A DNA stretch of 64,000 nt, from the NCBI RefSeq assembly GCF_009914755.1, contig NC_060930.1; one strand, given 5' to 3'. Origin of the DNA: the human T2T-CHM13v2.0 reference genome, Homo sapiens. How positions within the stretch are numbered: the first letter of the stretch is position 1; each line of letters starts with the position of its first letter. A model generated the notes under the pieces. It was given only the letters and a program-made list of their open reading frames with translations. It did no database searches and was not told the origin of the DNA. Positions 58,047-64,000 of the stretch are shown in pieces. The translations under genes and the position numbers were made by a program.

Positions 58047-58340
58047 GGCCAGGAGCTGTGGCTCACATCTGTAATCCTAGCACTTTGGGAGGCTGAGGCA
58101 GGCAGATTACTTGAGCCTAGAAGTTCAAGTTCAGCCTGCGCAACATGGCAAAATTGCATTTCTAAAAAAAAAATACAGAAATTAGCTGTGCATAGTCATA
58201 TGCCTGTAGTCCCAACTACTGGGGAGGCTGAGGTGGGAGGATCACTGGGGAGGATCGCTTAAGTCCCAGAGGTGGAGATTGCAGTGAGCTGAGAACATAC
58301 CACTGTAGGTCAGCCTAGGCTATAGGGTGAGACTCTGTCT
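58047..58340 (+). mobile_element. AluJ
   Basis: Full dimer; TSD aa(a/g)attagtaagaa. Confidence 0.85.
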
Positions 58341-58664
58341 CTAGAAAGAAAAGAAAGGAAGATTAGTAAGAATAAATTAATTCTTTTGTGTCATTTTATG
58401 TAATTCTCCTTATGCAAGGCTCTATCTAGTGTGAGGCTGAAAAAATTTCTGCAGATGAATTCATAATTTTACTAAACTTACTAATTAAAATGTGTTGGTT
58501 AATGGGAAAGGGATGAAGAATTGCTAAATATTAAAACTTGGAAGAAGACTTTACAAATTTACAATCTATTTTGAGTTTTTCACCAAAGAGAAAACCAAGA
58601 AAGCAAACACCAGAAATTGAAGACCATGAAGTATAAGTTTTTTCTGAGTTGAGGACAATGATTA

Positions 58665-59093
<429 letters not shown>

Positions 59094-61402
59094 ACAGTGC
59101 AACAAACATTGTGATGGAAACAAGATAATTTCCTTGAAAATCTACAATATATGTCAGGTGAGAATGCCCATGGAAGAGTATAACATAACCTCTGACTCTA
59201 GGCTAGGATACTCTTGGTCATTCTTACTTCTAGATGAGTTAATCAGAATTGGTGTGTGACTGTTTTAAGGGCTAGAACCTGAAGGGAAACAGAGAAGACA
59301 CTGTGCTGAAACTGACATTTAGGGAGAAAGTCTAGGACTGTTCACACAATCTTTGCACATGCCTGTTTTGTCTTATTCGATTGTTAATTGCAGTTGGATA
59401 AAAGATCTAAACTTAGCAAACAAGGGGCTGCAGAAAGGAGAGAGACCCCCTCCTCTGCTTAGTTGATCAGCATGTGTTTAATAGACATACTCTAAGTAGC
59501 TAACGTTTCAGTCATCTGCGGAGACCTTGGGGAAGGGTTGTGACTGAGAGAGAACTTTTGACCGTTAGCTATGACTCACAAAAAAATACAAGGCTCTCAG
59601 TTTTGTTCTACCCATATGTAAGTTAGTTCATACCACAGATAATATACCTTACTTCAAAGAAGGTGGTCTTGGCTTCAGGCATATATAAAAGTTTTTTTTT
59701 TTTTTTTTTTTTCTGGCTGCAAAGGCTTTGCACCTGTGTTTCCTTAAAGCACATGAGAAAAATGCAAATTCCAAAGGGAATTATTCTCTGTTTTGCCATC
59801 CTAGTCAATCCTACCTTACCAACCAAGAAAACTACAAATTATCATGATTCTGAAATTGGCAGTTTCCCAGAATGTTTGACATTCCATGTTAGTAAGCAGA
59901 AAAAAAGAGGAAGAAAAGAAGTCTTTCCTGCTGGGAATGTGGTAGAAATGTTAGAATTCTTTCCAGAAGAAGAAATCCAAATCTACAAGAGCACATTGTT
60001 TTCATGTTTTTCTAGGCTGTATTTTCAGCCTTGAAAACTCATGCAGAGCCTCCCGCCAGAATATGACCTACACCAGCAAGGCTGAAACTAGCACCTATAA
60101 GAAGCAAATCCATGACCGTTAAAATATTCAGTCCCTGGGTGGGACAAAGCACACCCTTGTTTCATTGAGATTGTGCCAGGAAAAGACCACAGTTTAGCTG
60201 GCATTGCAGCCATGGCCAGAAGCCAGCTTACCCGGCAACTTATTTAATAGAATTCACAGCATCTCTTGGACTCTTAAACACAGTTACATTGAACTAAAGT
60301 AAAAGATGTGGCAGGTTTGAGATTGGTAAACCTCTTTTATATAGTATGCTGCTGATCTATATTACTGCACACATTGTCCTAATATTACAATCTTCTCTTG
60401 GCTTGTCTGTTTACCCTCTAGACCAGTAACATAAGTGAGTGAAAGGAGGCCAGCTTTAAGAAGAGTCAGTCAATATTACCATTCTCGATTTCTGGTAGTG
60501 CCGTAGATACATTGCATGTGGGAGGCAACTGACACAGCCTCACTGCTCAGAGCATCCTCAGGAATGTCAGGGACTGAGAAAAACGGGAGAGAGCCTGTCC
60601 ATCAGAAGGTGGGGCAGTTACTCAGCAATATCTGAGTATTAACATACAGAATCTGAGTCCTGGTGATGAAGGATCCTCCACATTCTCAAAATGAGCTACA
60701 TAATCTGAAATCTCTTAATTTTTAAGTGTTATATTTTGCCAGTGCAGCCTGTAAGTACTCAAGTGTAGAAACTGTAGGTTTCAACTTTTAATCCAAAGTA
60801 GTACCTTTGTTTAGTAGATCAATAGGTCCCCCTCTTCTATAATAATTTAGTAAATTAAAGTGAACTAGGGCCTATGTATTTTACAGACATGTATGTGATG
60901 TATACAGATGTGGCCATATGGTACTATTTTGCTTATATCTTCACTGTCAATGAAAAAGGCTCTTGGATTAAAGGTAGACATTGAAAAAGGGAAATTAAAA
61001 CACAATATGAGTGAGAAATTTATTTATAGAAATGATTGGCCTTGAAGTGTTTCAAGTTCTCTTACCTAGATATATCATAACCCAGAGAATGGAGAAAACA
61101 TAAAACGTTTTAGCAAACTGCTTAATCCACATTTGAATGGATGAATAAATATATATCTAGAATATTGGATATAATTAGACAAATTACAACAGTGGCTACT
61201 AAATAGTTCCAAGGACATGTGCCAGCCCTTGAAGTTTTCACTGCTCTGGGAAGAAATGAAAAAAATATAGATAATTATAGTGTATGGAGTATATAAACTT
61301 ATTTGTGCTTGGACAAATCCCACTACCTGTGGGATTTTTAGCCAGCCTCATCCCTCCTCTGTATCCTTATTTGTAAAATGAGAGTTTAGAATTCGGTGAC
61401 CT

Positions 61403-62183
61403 TATTTTTGTTTTCTATTGCTGTTATAACACATTACCACAAGCTTAGTGGCTAAAACAACATAAATTTATTATCTTACAGTTGTGAAGGTCAGAAGTCC
61501 AACATGAGTCTCATGGGCTAAAATTGAGGTGTCAGCAGGGCCACATTCTTTCTGGAGGCTCTGACCAGGAATTGCTTTTCTTGTCTTTTCCAGCTTCTAA
61601 AACCTACTTCATTCCTTGGATTATGGCTTCCCTCTATCTTCAAAGTGAGTAATAGTCAAGTCTTTTCCTTTTTTTAAAAAAGTGTATTTTGTTTTTAAAT
61701 TGACAAGTAAAAATTGTATATATTTATAGTATACAACATGATGTTCTGAAATATGTATATATTGTGGAATGTCTAATCACATGTATTACCTCACATATCA
61801 TTTCTTTTGTGGTGGGAACACTTAAAATCTACTCTCTTAGCAATTTTCAAGTATACAATTTTGTTATTAAGTATAATCATCATGATGTACAGTAGATATC
61901 TTGAACTCCTGTTTAACTGAAATTTTGTATCCTTTGTCAAGTCTATTTTATGTCATATCACTTTGAAACTCTTCTGCCTCCTTTTTCTCCTTTTAAGGAC
62001 CATTTTGATTACATTGGGGACATCTGGATAATCCAGATAATCTCATTGTTTTAAGGCCAGGTGATTAGCACATTAAATCCACGTGCAGATTTAATTTCTC
62101 CTCGCTATATAACATAACATATTTATAGTTTCTGGGGAGTGGGACGCGGACATTTTTGAGGGGCCATTTGTCTGTCTACCACA
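61403..62183 (-). mobile_element. MLT1 (MLT1D-like, ERVL-MaLR) solo LTR interrupted by L1MA
   Basis: ttctattgctgttataacacattaccacaagcttagtggctaaaacaacataaatttattatcttacagtt...tctgtctaccaca. Confidence 0.85.
61664..61935 (-). mobile_element. L1MA 3' end fragment
   Basis: aattgacaagtaaaaattgtatatatttatagtatacaacatgatgtt...cttaaaatctactctcttagcaattttcaagtatac; TSD gtcaagtct at 61655 and 61936. Confidence 0.85.
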
Positions 62184-62436
62184 TCATTTCAACTAATTTT
62201 TAGTTTTTCTGTCCTGTGAATCTATGAGATAATGTCTTGTTAAGCCTGACTTGTTATGAAGGAATGAGACAGGTTTCAGGGAGGTAAGTGGGTCTGAAGT
62301 TTGCCATAATTTATGGCATCCTCTTAGCATCCCATAAAAATTCTACCTGCCTCTGAACCACTGAATGTATATGACACTGATTGTTCTTTGCAACCAGGCT
62401 GTAGCTAGAGATCATCACTTCAATAGTTTGGTTCCT

Positions 62437-62745
62437 GACCAGGTATGATGGCTCATGCCTGTGATCCCAGCATTTAGGAGGCCAAGGCAGGAGGATTGCT
62501 TGCATCCAGCAGTTCCAGACTAACCTAGTCAACATGTTAAGATCCTGTCTCTACAAAAAATAAAAAACTAGCTAGGTGTTTTGGTATGCTCCTGCAGTCC
62601 CAGCTACTCAACGACACTGAAGTGCAGATCGCTTGAGCCTAGGAGATTGAGGCTGTAGTGAGCTGTGATCACGCCACTGCACTCAACTTGGGTGATAAAA
62701 TGAGGCCCCCGCACCGTCTCTCTCTTTCAAAAAACAAACAAAAAA
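62437..62745 (+). mobile_element. AluJ
   Basis: Diverged dimer; degenerate TSD aatagtttggttcct/aaaagcttgattcct. Confidence 0.85.
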
Positions 62746-63329
62746 AGCTTGATTCCTGGTATTATTGAAATAGCAGGAAATTTTCAAGATCATCAGATGC
62801 TGTAAGGTTACCAGTTATTGGAATGAAATTTCAGAGCATGGGCAGAACTCATTCAGGATACTTAAGCAGTTTCACACATGTTGGTACCTGTCATTTGATA
62901 GTCTGTGTTTAGCCTTATCAAGTCTACATGAGACCGTTCCTTAAGGACAAAATGGACATTACATTGCTCCCTTGCCTTTAATATCACTGTGCTGAACATA
63001 GGAGAATGTTAGAAAGAGTGAAGTCTGCCCAGTCCCCCTTGTGTCTGACTTTCAGTGACCAAAAGCACACTGTAAAGGCATTGTACGTGTTGTTCTAAAA
63101 CAAAGCATAACTCTACTCATCAGCCAGAGAAAACTCTGGTTTATGACTCGTAATAAATCATTTTTTTTCCAAACAGACTTACCAATGTTCTTTTAAAACA
63201 TTTTTACTAGAATATTTATGTTCTCAACTTTCAACATCAAAAGTATTTTATAAGCCCAGTCTGAAATGGAGGAGTGAGTGGCAAAGCATACTCTCTCCCC
63301 AACAAACAATAATCGAACTTGGGAAAATT

Positions 63330-64000
63330 ACAGAAACAATCACATAAAGTATTTGGATATTGTTCTATGGGCATATAGAAAATGGAGAAATATTCATTCA
63401 AAAAATCTACTAAATCTTGATAAGGATTGTAGAGTTTGTGACATTTGAACGACAGCATACTCCATTCCTCTTTTTTTTCACCCTCTCCATCTTATGAAAA
63501 CTGCCCCCAGGGAACCCTAATTCTGGGACCTGTGGGGAGAGGGAGCCCCATCATCTTTTGGCTTGTGAAGAGTAGGCTGTTTGCTTTTTTCATCTTCCTC
63601 AGCCTTGTAATGCAGAAGCTTTATTGTAGGCAAGTGTGGCTGACAGGACCAGGTCTCTATTCCCCTACACAAGCTTCATTCATAGTATAGAAGCTGTACT
63701 CAATCATGCCATGCCAGTCACACAAGAATGCTCCAATAGCTCCTGCCCCAGCTCACTTATAAGGTGAAGAATTCACTCTGGGAGAGGCAAGTCAAGAAGA
63801 CAAGGGACCATTATATCATGTCCCCAGTGAGTGCATCACACTCACTCATGCACCAGAAATATCACTCTGTAGAGGCAGGCCACTGTCTGCCTCCAGCTTT
63901 TATGCAGTGGCACAGAGATTCTATTCAGAAGGAGAGATATGTCTTAAGGACAAAGAGCTCTGTAGCTCTACCTGAGGAGAATGACTTTAAGTGGAAAAAA
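63330..64000 (+). mobile_element. Probable old L1M 5'-region fragment
   Basis: tattcattcaaaaaatctactaaatcttg... resembles L1M 5'UTR subfamilies; weak recall only. Confidence 0.35.

Overview
Primate (very probably human) intergenic DNA, AT-rich and repeat-dense, with no intact protein-coding gene. It holds four processed pseudogenes: COX6C (-, about 5427-6310, missed by the ORF track), SLC25A5/ANT2 (+, 18761-19980), RPL23A (-, 44804-45470) and LSM14A (+, 47797-49958). It also holds a rearranged HERV-L with two convergent MLT2A1 LTRs (1-3477), a near full-length Tigger4, a 5'-truncated L1PA, a solo LTR12C carrying a near-consensus AluYc1-type insertion, and many Alu, MIR, L2, L1M, MER and MLT relics. 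From memory, the SLC25A5P-RPL23AP pair about 26 kb apart fits SLC25A5P7/RPL23AP48 in the GJA1-HSF2 gene desert on 6q22.31 (unverified). Three observations stand out. (1) The COX6C retrocopy preserves a non-anthropoid-type protein sequence and is time-bracketed by nesting (Tigger4 > COX6C > AluJ/FLAM). (2) The HERV-L inversion and fold-backs assemble what looks like an antisense-gag transcription unit between two LTRs with DUX4-type motifs. (3) The LSM14A retrocopy sits between its own retained CpG/YY1-rich 5' end and an antisense-facing LTR12C promoter. Repeat and parent-gene assignments are by recall of consensus sequences, not by database search.
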